Part shown: positions 1-10,645 of the stretch, one piece after another
Numbering within the stretch: the stretch's first letter is position 1
Layout: each line of letters begins with the position of its first letter
Assembly: GCA_965223425.1 (NCBI GenBank)
Contig: OZ245003.1
Span: forward strand, 256,001-320,000
Source: Nitrosopumilus sp.
GTDB taxonomy: Archaea > Thermoproteota > Nitrososphaeria > Nitrososphaerales > Nitrosopumilaceae
Direction of reading: 5' to 3'
DNA: 64,000 nt
Translations under genes and position numbers: made by a program
Notes under the pieces: model-generated
Told to the model about the DNA's origin: nothing
The model's input: the letters and a program-made list of their open reading frames with translations, nothing else
Database searches by the model: none

Positions 1-389
1 TATTCAATAATATTCTTATCTGCTCATTTATTCCAGAAAACAATACTCATGTACTTGATGTAACTTTTGAATTAGCCAAAAAATTTGACTCTAATGTTGT
101 TTTACTTGAATGCCTTCATGCAGCTCATCTTACTTTTGGTTTATTTAAAACAAAATCAGATAAGAAAAAACAAAATAAATTACATGAAAAAACACAATTA
201 GTGTTAGAGGAAATTGAAAAGATGGCAAAAAACTCTGCCATTTCTATTAAAACAGAAAGTGCATTTGTTGAATCATTATCTGAACGATGTTGCTGAATAT
301 GTTAATAAGAATGACATTGATCTTTTAGTTGTAGATTCTACCCCTCCGTCAGATATTGATACTGATCATCATAAAGATATTGTAAATTG
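1..389 (+). pseudogene. Universal stress protein (UspA family), frameshifted and split by an IS6-type element; C-terminal tail at 4475-4525
   Basis: Frame 3 reads FNNILICS...LAKKFDSNVVLLECLH...; after a frameshift near 285 it reads DVAEYVNKNDIDLLVVDS...DIVN. It resumes after the element as VNRIYQNIKCPILTLK*, a USP-type C-terminus. Confidence 0.75.
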
Positions 390-442
390 GGTTCTGTTAA
401 CTTGACGAGTGGTAATTCTTCCTGTTAACTGTCAAGGGGTGT

Positions 443-670
443 TCATTTGTCCGATTTCCTTCTATTATCTTTCTTGCATAGCAACTGGCAGTTATCCTCA
501 ATAGTTCTACCCCCTTCAATCCAAGGGGTTATGTGATCGGCTTCCATTTCTGACAATTCAAAGTGTTCATTGCATTTTACACAATTACCCTTTTGTTTCT
601 CATAGACTGCTAGTTTCATTGAATCTGTAAATGAACGGACTGAAAGGTGTTTTTCATCTCTTGTTAGTAT
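443..670 (-). pseudogene. C-terminal HNH endonuclease fragment (resembles tails of DUF262/GmrSD-HNH proteins), 5' part lost
   Basis: ILTRDEKHLSVRSF...CVKC...EADHITPWIEGGRTIEDNCQLLCKKDNRRKSDK; truncated at the IS5 end. Confidence 0.75.
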
Positions 671-2105
671 AGACTTTATGCATAATTGAATCATAAAAAT
701 TTTTCCGAAAGATTTAGATCCATTTTGATCGCCGCAACAGGTAATGGAATCTTCAGAACAGACTATACGCAGGCTACAAAAAGAGCTCAAGCAAAAGGAC
801 ACAGCAATCAGGCAAAAGGACACAGCAATCAAGCAGAACAACAGAGCAATCAGCAAGCGCGAGAAGACGATTGGCCTGCTGCGCGAGCAGCTGCTGCGCG
901 AGGACAGCCTGTGGGCCGTTACAGATGCAGGCCGCTCTGATACGGACACGTCGCTGCTGCACATCAGGGAGGTGATCCACGGCATACTGCACAACAGCGC
1001 AAAGCTTGCGGGAATTACCGTATGACCTTGACCAGTTTGACTACATCTGCAACGACTTTGTGGCAGAGTCAAAGAGGCACAACAAAGACGCGCCGCTCTT
1101 TTCAGAGGACGAAACACCGGATCCCGGAAACCGCTGCCTGCCTGGCCGCAGGTCCGTCCTGCTGCTTGCGCTGTTCCGCAAGAGGCCAAACGTGACGCAG
1201 GACGCTCTGGGGCACTGTTTGATGTTGACCAGTCCACCGTGTGCAGGTACCTCCGGTTCGCAGATTCCGTACTGGCAAAGATTCTGCCTACTGCAGACAG
1301 GATGACCCGTCTGGTAAAAAAGGCCGAGACATCAGAGCAGCTAGAGCAGCTAATGCCGGACAGAACCATCATAATTGACGGCACCGAGGCGGTGCCAAGG
1401 CAGCGTCCGCAGGACAGGGATAAAAGAAAAAACACGTACTCTGGCAAAAAGAAGCGCTTTACGATTAACACCGCCATAACAACAAACAGGGCAGGCCCGA
1501 TGCTTGCAGCAGGCAGGTCCTTTGAGGGCGGGACGCACGACCTTGCCATGATAAGAGAGGATCCGACAGACTGGCAGGTGGTCTAAATCCATGTACAAAA
1601 AGGACACTCCGGAAAAGGACAGGATACGGGTGTCTGCAGACAAGGGGTACCGGGGATGCCAATCACTACACGGGAATGGCACTTGAGATGCCGGAAAAAA
1701 AGAGGCCGCGGACGGAGCTGACGCAGCAGCAAAAGGACTCGGACAAAAGGATCAGCGCCAAGAGGGTAAAGGCGGGGCACGCCATCGGAAGAATAAAGCA
1801 GTGGGCAAGGATGACAGACCCGTACGACGGCACGGTAGAGGAGTTTCGCGAGGAGCTGGCTGTGTGTACCGGCCTTGCGAACTTTCAACTGCTGTGGGAT
1901 GCAAAGAAAAAGCGGCCGTCACTTAGTTATTGACGGCACAGCACAGGGTGCATGAGGCACTGCAAGAGTGCGCACGGATTTCTAATTTCTGCGAATTTAC
2001 AATGATCTTTTGCATCAAAATTAAATAATTTCCTGGACTGGCTTTGTGTGTCTTGGTAGTGTGTGCTGCAGAAAAAATTTGACGGGTCAATTATGCATAA
2101 AGTCT
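671..2105 (+). mobile_element. IS5-family (ISL2-like, DDE_Tnp_4) element with multiply frameshifted transposase
   Basis: Perfect inverted repeat agactttatgcataattga (671-689 / 2087-2105). Fragments 744-1025, 1006-1305, 1239-1586 and 1676-1933 carry IIIDGTE..RQRP..YSGKKK..HDL and ADKGY. The two flanks differ, indicating an adjacent deletion. Confidence 0.85.
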
Positions 2106-3009
2106 ATGATACTGTCAACACGGCATGCCGCAGCATGAGGCGACGCATCAGCAATGAAACAACAGTAGCTGCAATAGACAAGCACAAGATTCCGCACCAT
2201 GACAGGAATCCCGACCTCAGGTACCTCATACAGTCAAAATACGAGTCAGGAACGTACAGGTTTGAGTCATACATAACATCCAAGATAGTGCAGGGCGGCA
2301 AGGAGGTCAACCTGTGCTTCAGTCCAGTCACCCGAGGGATCTTCAACGGTGAATTCGTGCGTAAAACCATCGAAAAATGCTCCAAGCTGCACCTTGGAAT
2401 CGGCCTCTACCTTTTGACAGGGAGTTTTACGCAACAGACGTGATGCGGACTGTCAGATCGCTTCACAGGCATTTTATCATGCCGGCAAAAAAGAATGCCG
2501 GCATCAAGCGCGCCATTGTACAGCACGCCCAAGGAAAGCGCGGCGATGTCTCTAGGTACACCATACAGTCCGGCTCCGAGAAGTTCACGTTCAACCTGGT
2601 TCTGATCAGGGATGATGCCAGGAAAAAAGACGGCACCATGTTTGACAGGTATCGCGCATTTGCAACGTCGCTGCCATACGAGAGCGAAAGGGACGTTGTC
2701 AAGTACATCCCAGAGCAGTACAAAAAACGGTGGGGAATTGAAACGGGGTACAGGTCTGCAAAGAGCATACGCCCGCACACTGCCAGCAGGAACCCCTCCG
2801 TACGGATGCTTTTGTTTGTCTTGTCACTGGTGCTAAACAACATTTGGATAGGCCTGCGTCGCACGGTGGGCAGACAAAGATATCATGTGACACTTGCCGG
2901 TGTTTTAAACAGGATAATCTGCGTGTTTGCAGCATGTGTGTATGCTAGGTGGCCACCGCCTATCGGGTGATTTGTGGGCTGTTTTGGAACGGTACAATCC
3001 CAACTACTG
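2106..3009 (+). mobile_element. ISH3-family element, 5'-truncated and frameshifted
   Basis: AIDKHKIP, FDREFY and YKKRWGIETGYR motifs. Right end caactactg (reverse complement CAGTAG..., as in the other ISH3 copies) at 3009. Confidence 0.8.
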
Positions 3010-3949
3010 CAAACACATTCACGCAGTTGAAATTAGTCTGCATATCAGACGTGAGGTTAAGAAGCATGTTATTGAGACAGTCAACACTAATTCCTGTCAG
3101 TTCTGCGGTTCTGATAATGTCTCCAAGTGGGGAATAAGACACAACAAGAATTACGACTTGCAGATATTCAAGTGCAAGGTTTGTTCTAAAAAATATTCCA
3201 CCAATCTAGGATTTGAGGGAATGCATGCTTCACCTCAAGTTATCACTAATGCCATGCAGTTGTATTTTACAGGTGAATCCTTGCGTGGTGTCCAGAAGTT
3301 CTTGAGACTTCAAGGTATCAACATGAGTCATGTTTCTATTTACAAATGGGTCAAGAAATATGTTAAACTTATGGATAATTACTTGTCCACAATTACCCCA
3401 CAGGTTGGCGATAAATGGCATGCAGATGAGGTATGGCTCAAAGTAAAGGGTGATCGAAAATACCTGTTCGCTATGATGGACAATGAGACACGTTTTTGGA
3501 TTGCTCAAGAAGTAGCTGATAGCAAGTTCAAGCATGATGCACAAAGTCTGTTAAAGATGGGTAAGACGGTAACAAAAAAGACACCCAGTGTTTTTGTTAC
3601 TGACGGATTACCAGCATACAATGACGCATTCAAAAAAGAGTTTGCACCAAAAAACTTTCTGCATAAACCAAGCAAACACGTCAAAGAGGTACATTTCAAG
3701 AACCAAGTAGCAAATAACAATATCCAAGAGAGATTAAACGGTGAGTTCAGAGACAGAGAGAAAGTCTTTAGAGGTCTCAAAAAAGACGATTCACCGGCAA
3801 TAGATGGTATCAAATTGTATCATAATTACATCAGACCCCATCAAAGTTTAGACGGTGATACACCAGCAGACAGGGCAGGTATTGAGATAAGAGGTAGTAA
3901 CAAGTGGAAGACCATAATAGAAAACGCTGCAATGGAGAATCACGCTTAG
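3010..3949 (+). pseudogene. IS6-family transposase (SWIM remnant + Zn ribbon + DDE), N-terminus cut by the ISH3 insertion
   Basis: CKHIHAV, CQFC/CKVC, WHADEVW, FVTDGLPAY, NNNIQERLNG, HNYIRPHQSL. Confidence 0.85.
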
Positions 3950-4109
3950 TCTGAATCCCAAAGTTTAATTATATACAATATGTAAAATGTATTATGAATG
4001 AGACACCCGATTGGACAGAAAAAGAAAAAGCAATGATGAAGAAAGCTGAAAAACTCAGAGATGAAGGAAAGCTCAAGTCAAATTAGAAACCACATATTGT
4101 TGATTGATT

Positions 4110-4424
4110 ATGGAATATCCTAATCCTATTTTTGCACCAAGTTTTGATTTTTGTATCAATAATTTCTTTCCTGAGCGAGAACATGAAGTGTTAGGTGAGG
4201 TAATGTGTTTGCTCAAAAAACCAAGCAGTCTGCCTAAACCTAAAGAATGTGGAAAGCATAGAAGTAGAATCAAACAACTACTCCTTGCAACAAACACAGT
4301 CGTTTATTATTGGGATTATGGCAGAGTGTGGCAATTTGTAGGTGTTATAGAAAATGGGAATGGAAGACAGTTAGCCGAATTAGACAAAATTTTGAACAGT
4401 GGTGAATTTGATAACGATACCTAA
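4110..4424 (+). CDS. Hypothetical passenger protein of the IS6 element, preceded by a tiny ORF at 3994-4086; possible TA pair
   Basis: 104-aa ORF ending at the right TIR; no recognised motif. Confidence 0.5.
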   Translation: MEYPNPIFAPSFDFCINNFFPEREHEVLGEVMCLLKKPSSLPKPKECGKHRSRIKQLLLATNTVVYYWDYGRVWQFVGVIENGNGRQLAELDKILNSGEFDNDT

Positions 4425-4543
4425 CCCCTCAACAGTTAACAGAAAGAATTACCACTAGTCAAGTTAACAGAACCGTAAATCGTATATACCAAAATATCAA
4501 GTGTCCTATTCTTACTTTAAAATAAATCTGTTAATCTAATTAT

Positions 4544-6232
4544 CTAGTAATAATGATGCATTTGTCTTTGCTCTAATCCTTCTTGTTCAAAGTGATTGTG
4601 AGCCTTTCCTCCATCGCGATGTGCATGAACATGACCATCAATATGACAATGTGTGTTGTCAATTAAATTCTTCATGAATACATCGTCTATGTTTAGTATC
4701 ATGTTAGTTACCTCTACTGCAGTTTTGAAGACTTGTTGTTTTACAACTATTGTTTCTATAACTTCTGATTTTGACATGTCAGCTATCTTTCTAACATTCG
4801 AATTTATCCCATACCATCTTGTTTTGCCATTGGTTTTTGCCAGCTCTGCTCGAAAATGTGTTAATGTATCTAGCATATTCATTCCAATATTTTGTGCTAA
4901 CGTTAGCGGTATTTGTTCTACGGCATTTGCAAATCTTTCTATTGCAATCTGTTCTTTACCTTCTACAGTAACCGCATATTTTCTGATTTTATGTGCGATT
5001 ATTCCTTCAGTTGAGCCTGCCCCATACACGATAAATGGATTTTCAATAAAATTTCTTAATACAAAAATCGCATTTTTGGCATTTCTATGAAATTCATCTA
5101 AATATCGTTTTGAATTAGCTCTTAACAACAAAGTTACCGATTTTGGGTTATTTCCCTCTACGAAAACCATCTTTTCTTCACCTACAGTTTTTTCATACAC
5201 TTTTTTTGCAAAACCTAATTCATCATTGGATATTTTCTCTATGTTTTCACAAGTTTTAGCACCTGTTGCCTTTTCTAACCACCATAAATCATTGTACTTT
5301 ACTCTTCGCATTGACATGATTCCTTTTTTTGCAAGTGCTTCTTGCACAAACTCATTTACTCCTTTTCTTGATATTACTACATTAGCTCCAGAGTCTGCAA
5401 TATTTTTTACAAGAACAAGCAAGTCTTTATTTTCTTGATTAAGAAATTGATTCATTTGTTCTGGTGATTCTATTTCTATCCCTGCTTCTGTTCTTGTTCT
5501 CATTGTTTCTAATGATTCATTAATTAACAAAATCTTGGCATCCTTGATAGTTCTAGGCATTGTAGAACTGTCTATTGTTTTATCAATAACTGTACCTTTG
5601 ATTAATTGTATCTCTGTACCGCTTCCCACTTTTTCTTCAATTTTGATATCATCTATGTCTATTTGGCTTCTTTCAAAATTAGTTATCTGATATATTGCAT
5701 CAATGATTGTATCTACAATCTTTGTATTTTCTTCTTGTAGATCAAAAATTGCTTTTCCTTCCAAACATGTAGTTAGTAATTGCTTCATTACTTTTCTGTC
5801 TCTTTTGTCTGACTCTATCTTAATTTCATCTAATACTTCTAAAGTATGCTCTAAACTCTTTTCATAGCCTTTTGTAATCGTTGCAACAGGAATTCCAATT
5901 TTTAGTAATTCCTGAGCCTGATTAAGTAAACTTCCTATTAGAACAGCTGCTGATGTTGTTCCATCTCCGACATGGTTGTCCACTGCATTTATTGCCTCTA
6001 TGACTGATTTGGCTGCCGGATGATCAACATCAACTTTTCTCAGAAATGCTCCCCCATGGCTTGTTATGGTATCCTCACCAAGTATGTCAATGTACATTTT
6101 TTCCATACCTCGTGGACCCAGTGATGTTCTAACTATGTCTGTGACAAGTTTACCTGAAATTAGATTATACATTTGTGATTCTTGTAACCCAATACGTGAA
6201 ATATCTTGATCAAGTAAATCTGGATATTTCAT
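4544..6232 (-). CDS. Divergent group II chaperonin (thermosome-like) with His-rich C-terminal tail
   Basis: RTSLGPRGMEKM, VGDGTTSA, IDD motifs; tail HCHIDGHVHAHRDGGKAHNHF...HHYY. Confidence 0.9.
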   Translation of the reverse strand: MKYPDLLDQDISRIGLQESQMYNLISGKLVTDIVRTSLGPRGMEKMYIDILGEDTITSHGGAFLRKVDVDHPAAKSVIEAINAVDNHVGDGTTSAAVLIGSLLNQAQELLKIGIPVATITKGYEKSLEHTLEVLDEIKIESDKRDRKVMKQLLTTCLEGKAIFDLQEENTKIVDTIIDAIYQITNFERSQIDIDDIKIEEKVGSGTEIQLIKGTVIDKTIDSSTMPRTIKDAKILLINESLETMRTRTEAGIEIESPEQMNQFLNQENKDLLVLVKNIADSGANVVISRKGVNEFVQEALAKKGIMSMRRVKYNDLWWLEKATGAKTCENIEKISNDELGFAKKVYEKTVGEEKMVFVEGNNPKSVTLLLRANSKRYLDEFHRNAKNAIFVLRNFIENPFIVYGAGSTEGIIAHKIRKYAVTVEGKEQIAIERFANAVEQIPLTLAQNIGMNMLDTLTHFRAELAKTNGKTRWYGINSNVRKIADMSKSEVIETIVVKQQVFKTAVEVTNMILNIDDVFMKNLIDNTHCHIDGHVHAHRDGGKAHNHFEQEGLEQRQMHHYY

Positions 6233-6323
6233 CCCTTTCAGTCTTCTTTCAGATATTAAAACATACTTGACAAGAAACTGAATTTGCTAATGATATAAAA
6301 TGAAAATTTATTGAGAACCTGAA

Positions 6324-7922
6324 TTAACTCGGCTTCATCGCATTCTTACTTGAAACATCATCATCTGGACCTGGAGTGTTGGAGTCTGGTCCACCTGGCA
6401 TAGCTTCTTCTCCACTTTTGAAGTGTTTCAAGTCTTCTCCTGCAATGACATCTTCCTCTGGTGGTACATAATCACGTACATCGTGTCTATTCTTTCCTGG
6501 ATATTTGTTCTGTGTTGCAAGTGCGACTATGATGAATAGCACAAATGAAACAACTGGTGGTATCATTGTATCTAACCCTGCCCATTCTTCTGGCATTGTA
6601 AAGAAGAAGTAAAGTCGTAAGAATGAACCCACAAGAAGTGATGCAATAGCTGCTGGCATGTTTGCCTTTTTCCAAAACAAACCAAATGTAAGTGGAGCAA
6701 ATGCTCCTGCAAATACTATGTCGAATGCTAAGATAAGATAAATTCCTGGTGCTGGCACAAAGTAACCAAGTATAGTTCCTGCAACCATCATTGGAATAAT
6801 TGCAATACGTGTAACTCCCAGTAGTTTCTTGTCTGACCAATTTGGTTTACCCATCCATCGTCTTCTAATTATTCTCTGCATCATATTTCTAGATACTACA
6901 CTGGAAATTGCTAATAGTCCTCCACTAGCGGTGGACATTGAGGCACCAATTACGCCCATTAGTATTGATGCACCAATTGCAAATGGCATAAACTCTGTAG
7001 ATAACAACGGCAATGCCAAGTCTGGCAATGTATCTCCTGGTAGGTAGTAGAATGCTACAATTCCTAACATGCTAGTTGGTACTACTGTAAATAATGTCAA
7101 TGCTCCTCCCATCAATGCACCTCTCCGTGCTGTCTTTGGGTTCCGAGCTGAAAACACTCTTTCCATAAAGTCCAATGCTACTATGTCCCCTAAACCTAAT
7201 GCTAGTATTGCTCCCCAATTGATCAACGCTCCATTTGCAATATCGTATAATCCCGACAAGTCCATGAATTCTGGTGGTGCATTGTTGTAAATGACATCCC
7301 AAGGTGTGTCTGCAAATCCTCCTGCAAAGAAAAGGAACCCTGCCCAGAATGAACCAATTGCAAGATAAACTTGGAATAAATTAGTATAAGCTGATGCAAA
7401 CAGTCCTCCAGCAATTGTATAAGCTACTACTACTAGAGCTGAAATTAATATCCCCCAGAAATAATCTATACCAAACACAACTTCTAAAATAAATCCACTT
7501 GCAGCTAAATTACCTGCAACAAGAACTAGAAAACTAATAATCATAAGAACACCAGAAATTCCTTCTGCACCGTTTCCAAATCTTCTAAAGTAAAAGTCTG
7601 GTAATGTTATCATTGATATTTTGTTTAGTGGTTTTGCATAGAATGCAGATGTTACAAGCAAACATAATCCAAGGCCTATTGGAATAACTGCACCTGCCCA
7701 AAATCCAAATTCAAATACTAATGCAACATTTCCTAGTGACGAATTACCATCAACTGCTTGAGCTGCTAACATAGTTCCTACCATAGCTAACGGCAAACTT
7801 TTTCCTGCAACAATCAATCGTTTGCCGCTGTTTTTGACTAGTTTACTTGCAAATACTCCTACTACAAGTGTAATTACGATGAATGCTGCAACTGCAATGC
7901 CAAACCCATCCAGCTCCACCAT
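6324..7922 (-). CDS. Sodium:solute symporter (SSS family), substrate uncertain
   Basis: About 13 hydrophobic segments; TLPDFYFRRFG, YTIAGGL, ASMSTA, FGLFWKKAN motifs. Confidence 0.9.
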   Translation of the reverse strand: MVELDGFGIAVAAFIVITLVVGVFASKLVKNSGKRLIVAGKSLPLAMVGTMLAAQAVDGNSSLGNVALVFEFGFWAGAVIPIGLGLCLLVTSAFYAKPLNKISMITLPDFYFRRFGNGAEGISGVLMIISFLVLVAGNLAASGFILEVVFGIDYFWGILISALVVVAYTIAGGLFASAYTNLFQVYLAIGSFWAGFLFFAGGFADTPWDVIYNNAPPEFMDLSGLYDIANGALINWGAILALGLGDIVALDFMERVFSARNPKTARRGALMGGALTLFTVVPTSMLGIVAFYYLPGDTLPDLALPLLSTEFMPFAIGASILMGVIGASMSTASGGLLAISSVVSRNMMQRIIRRRWMGKPNWSDKKLLGVTRIAIIPMMVAGTILGYFVPAPGIYLILAFDIVFAGAFAPLTFGLFWKKANMPAAIASLLVGSFLRLYFFFTMPEEWAGLDTMIPPVVSFVLFIIVALATQNKYPGKNRHDVRDYVPPEEDVIAGEDLKHFKSGEEAMPGGPDSNTPGPDDDVSSKNAMKPS

Positions 7923-8163
7923 GACTAGATTAGAATATGAAAATTATATAAATATTGAAATTTTACAGTATAATACGTTTTATGAGGAAAAAATTGTGCG
8001 TATAGTACATTTTATGATAAAATTTTTATAATTTTTATAAATTTTATACAATTTAAAAAATTTGTGATCAATAAATATGAAGTTCATAATTTCATTATTT
8101 TTCAAAAATATTTTGTAAAACAAAAATTCAAAATCTTATAAATTTGATCTTTTACAAAATAAT

Positions 8164-8334
8164 GTGGATAAACAATATGCTTTTGCAGTTATTTTGATTA
8201 TTCTTGGGATCGGTTTGAGTCAATCTGGAGTTTCTGATTCTTTTAACTTTGGTCTTGGAATTGGAATTGTAGCAATGGGTTGTCTTTGGGTCTTTATCAG
8301 ACTAGTTAAAGAATGGAAAAAAAAGTCATCATAA
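8164..8334 (+). CDS. Small two-TM membrane protein (56 aa; not in ORF track)
   Basis: GTG start; MDKQYAFAVILIILGIG...GLGIGIVAMGCLWVFIRLVKEWKKKSS*. Confidence 0.55.
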   Translation: MDKQYAFAVILIILGIGLSQSGVSDSFNFGLGIGIVAMGCLWVFIRLVKEWKKKSS

Positions 8335-8383
8335 TTTCCCTAAATTTATAAAATGATATAAACTCTGAATTACTATATTTTGT

Positions 8384-8905
8384 ATGCCTGGAAAGGGATA
8401 TTCTACAGTTGGTATGAAGCCTGTTATCACAACTAGATTACAAGATGCAACTGATAAGAACTACCCTGGAATGTTTTTGCCTAGTACACTGATTATCATA
8501 ATGAATGAAGTTAAGCTTGGATACTATTCTGTAGAGCCACACAAAATAAAATTAGATTTGTCTGGACGTTACAATACAGTAACTATTAGATCTGATGTTA
8601 AAGACTGGTTAGAAGAAAATTATGAAAATCTTGGCGCAAAGTATGAAGAAAGATATGGTGTAAAGTGCTTTACAAAATTTGTAAGTTACTTTATTGTTAA
8701 CATGCTTGAATCAAAAAATGATGCTCAAAATCATACAATCAGTTTAAAGGAATCTGATTTTGAATGGCTTCAAATAGAATATCGTAAACTAAAAAATAAC
8801 TCGAATGATCATCAGGATGTTCCTAGCTTTGAACGATTTGCTGATATGTACATTAATAATTTATTTGGAAAGATTAAAGCTGCAAAAGAAATCCTAACAA
8901 TGTAA
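8384..8905 (+). CDS. Hypothetical protein, possibly a tandem ribbon-helix-helix-like DNA-binding protein
   Basis: Repeated YSTVGM / YNTVTI / HTISLK strand-helix units. Confidence 0.55.
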   Translation: MPGKGYSTVGMKPVITTRLQDATDKNYPGMFLPSTLIIIMNEVKLGYYSVEPHKIKLDLSGRYNTVTIRSDVKDWLEENYENLGAKYEERYGVKCFTKFVSYFIVNMLESKNDAQNHTISLKESDFEWLQIEYRKLKNNSNDHQDVPSFERFADMYINNLFGKIKAAKEILTM

Positions 8906-8932
8906 ATTGTATTAATTTGAATTTTTAAAAAA

Positions 8933-9184
8933 TTAGAGTGGCGTCATTGTGTCAATTAGCCTTGCATTAGTAACTTGACCATCTTTTTCTTGTATTTCTA
9001 GGTCTACTGTGTATTTTAGTGAATCTAGCATGAAATTAACTTGGACATCCCATGCTTCTCTAGGTCCTTTTTCAGGAATTTGAAATGTTTCATTGATTCT
9101 AAAATCGCTTACATCACCATATAATGCATCAATTATTTTTTTTGATTGTCTTGCAATATCTTCTGGTGTGCTAACTTTTTCCAT
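8933..9184 (-). CDS. Small hypothetical protein (PepSY-like fold possible)
   Basis: 83-aa ORF; AWDVQV...VDLEIQEKDGQV. Confidence 0.55.
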   Translation of the reverse strand: MEKVSTPEDIARQSKKIIDALYGDVSDFRINETFQIPEKGPREAWDVQVNFMLDSLKYTVDLEIQEKDGQVTNARLIDTMTPL

Positions 9185-9246
9185 ACATAATCATACATTA
9201 AACACGTATAAAAATATTGAAATTAATTTTCACTTTTCTCAGTGTG

Positions 9247-10485
9247 TTATATTTTTGTAAGTCTTTTCATGAATGATTCTTTTTTCATATTTGTTATTTC
9301 TGTCTCTGCTTTATTTTTATGATAAATTGCGGTTTGATTATCAGGATCAAGTTTCAAAGCTCTGTTATACCATTTTAAAGACTCTTCATATTTTTTTAAC
9401 GATAATAGTATTTTCCCTTTGTAGCTTATGGCATATACGTAATTTGGATTAATTTTTAATGCTTTTTCACAATATGCTAATGCTTCTGTGTATTTTTTTG
9501 CATGCTCTAAAAGCCACACCATACTACATATTGCCATGACATTTCTTGGTTCAACCTCTAATGCGCATTCACAATAAAACCTGGCTTTTCCAAACTTTTT
9601 CAATGATGATAGTGCTATTCCTTTACTGTAAAGTGCTCTAACATTATTTGAATCATAATCTAAAATTTTATCAAAACATTTGATCGCTTTTTTGTACAAG
9701 CCTATTTTGTCTAATGCTAAACCTTTGTTCATTAAAGCTTCAGTACATCTAGGATCTATCTTTATTGCTTTATCGTAAAATACAAAAATATCTTTGGTTG
9801 AAAATCCTGCAAAATCTAATGTCCATCCTTTGGCTACTAGTGCTTTAGTATTTTTATTATCTATCTCTATGGCTCTTGTATAGAATTTTATTGCTTGCTC
9901 ATGCTTTCCTTGCTTGGTAAGTTTTTCTCCTTTCTCAAATATGATATTGGATTGTCTAGAATCCTCATCGATGGCCTTTTTTAAGAATAATAATGATTCT
10001 GAGCTCTTTTTTAGCCTCCCAAGAATCAAACTTTTGTTGTAAAGTGCTGTAGAATTTTTTGGATTTTTTTCTAGAGCCTGGTCTATAGTTTTCAGTGCTT
10101 CTTCATTACTCCCTAGTTTGCTTTGACATAGTCCTATTGATGTTAATGAGTCTAAATACTGTGAATCAATTTCAAGAGATTTTTTAAAATGAGATATTGC
10201 TTCTTCATATTTTTTTAATTGTTCCAGTGCAAGACCTTTGTTGTATAATGCATCAATGTTTTTTGGATCTACTGATAAAACATGTTCAAAACAAATTATG
10301 GCATTTTTGAAATCTTTCATTTTATACAATGTTGTGCCTTTGTGAAGCTGTGCAACAATATTTTCAGGTTCTAAAGAAATTGTTTTATTAAATTTTGAAA
10401 TAGCTTTTTTGAATTGACTATAATATACCGCAGTTAATCCTTGATTCAAATAATACCATGAATTTTTTGAGCTCTTTAATATCAT
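9247..10485 (-). CDS. Tetratricopeptide repeat protein
   Basis: About 11 repeats of ALYNKG.AL..L.KY.EA...F.KAL.IDP. Confidence 0.9.
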   Translation of the reverse strand: MILKSSKNSWYYLNQGLTAVYYSQFKKAISKFNKTISLEPENIVAQLHKGTTLYKMKDFKNAIICFEHVLSVDPKNIDALYNKGLALEQLKKYEEAISHFKKSLEIDSQYLDSLTSIGLCQSKLGSNEEALKTIDQALEKNPKNSTALYNKSLILGRLKKSSESLLFLKKAIDEDSRQSNIIFEKGEKLTKQGKHEQAIKFYTRAIEIDNKNTKALVAKGWTLDFAGFSTKDIFVFYDKAIKIDPRCTEALMNKGLALDKIGLYKKAIKCFDKILDYDSNNVRALYSKGIALSSLKKFGKARFYCECALEVEPRNVMAICSMVWLLEHAKKYTEALAYCEKALKINPNYVYAISYKGKILLSLKKYEESLKWYNRALKLDPDNQTAIYHKNKAETEITNMKKESFMKRLTKI

Positions 10486-10645
10486 GTATTTTTTTATTCA
10501 AATATTATTTTTATAGTTTAGTTAAATCGTATATTACACATACATGGTTCTGTTTAATATCTAATAATCTGTTTTGTAAAAAATTCAAATACGTATTATA
10601 CTTGAAATCTTTAATTATCAAAGTCAATTAATAAATTTGATTTAC

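Larger units (their letters stand above)
390..4474 (+). mobile_element. IS6-family cargo-carrying transposon, secondarily invaded by IS5- and ISH3-type elements
   Basis: 51-bp imperfect TIRs starting GGTTCTGTTAACTTGAC (390-440 and 4424-4474). 8-bp TSD gtaaattg (382-389) / gtaaatcg (4475-4482). Internal IS6 DDE transposase. Confidence 0.9.

Noticed and set aside
443-1549. 368-aa minus-strand ORF as a real gene
   Set aside because: It is a chimera of the IS5 antisense frame and the HNH fragment.
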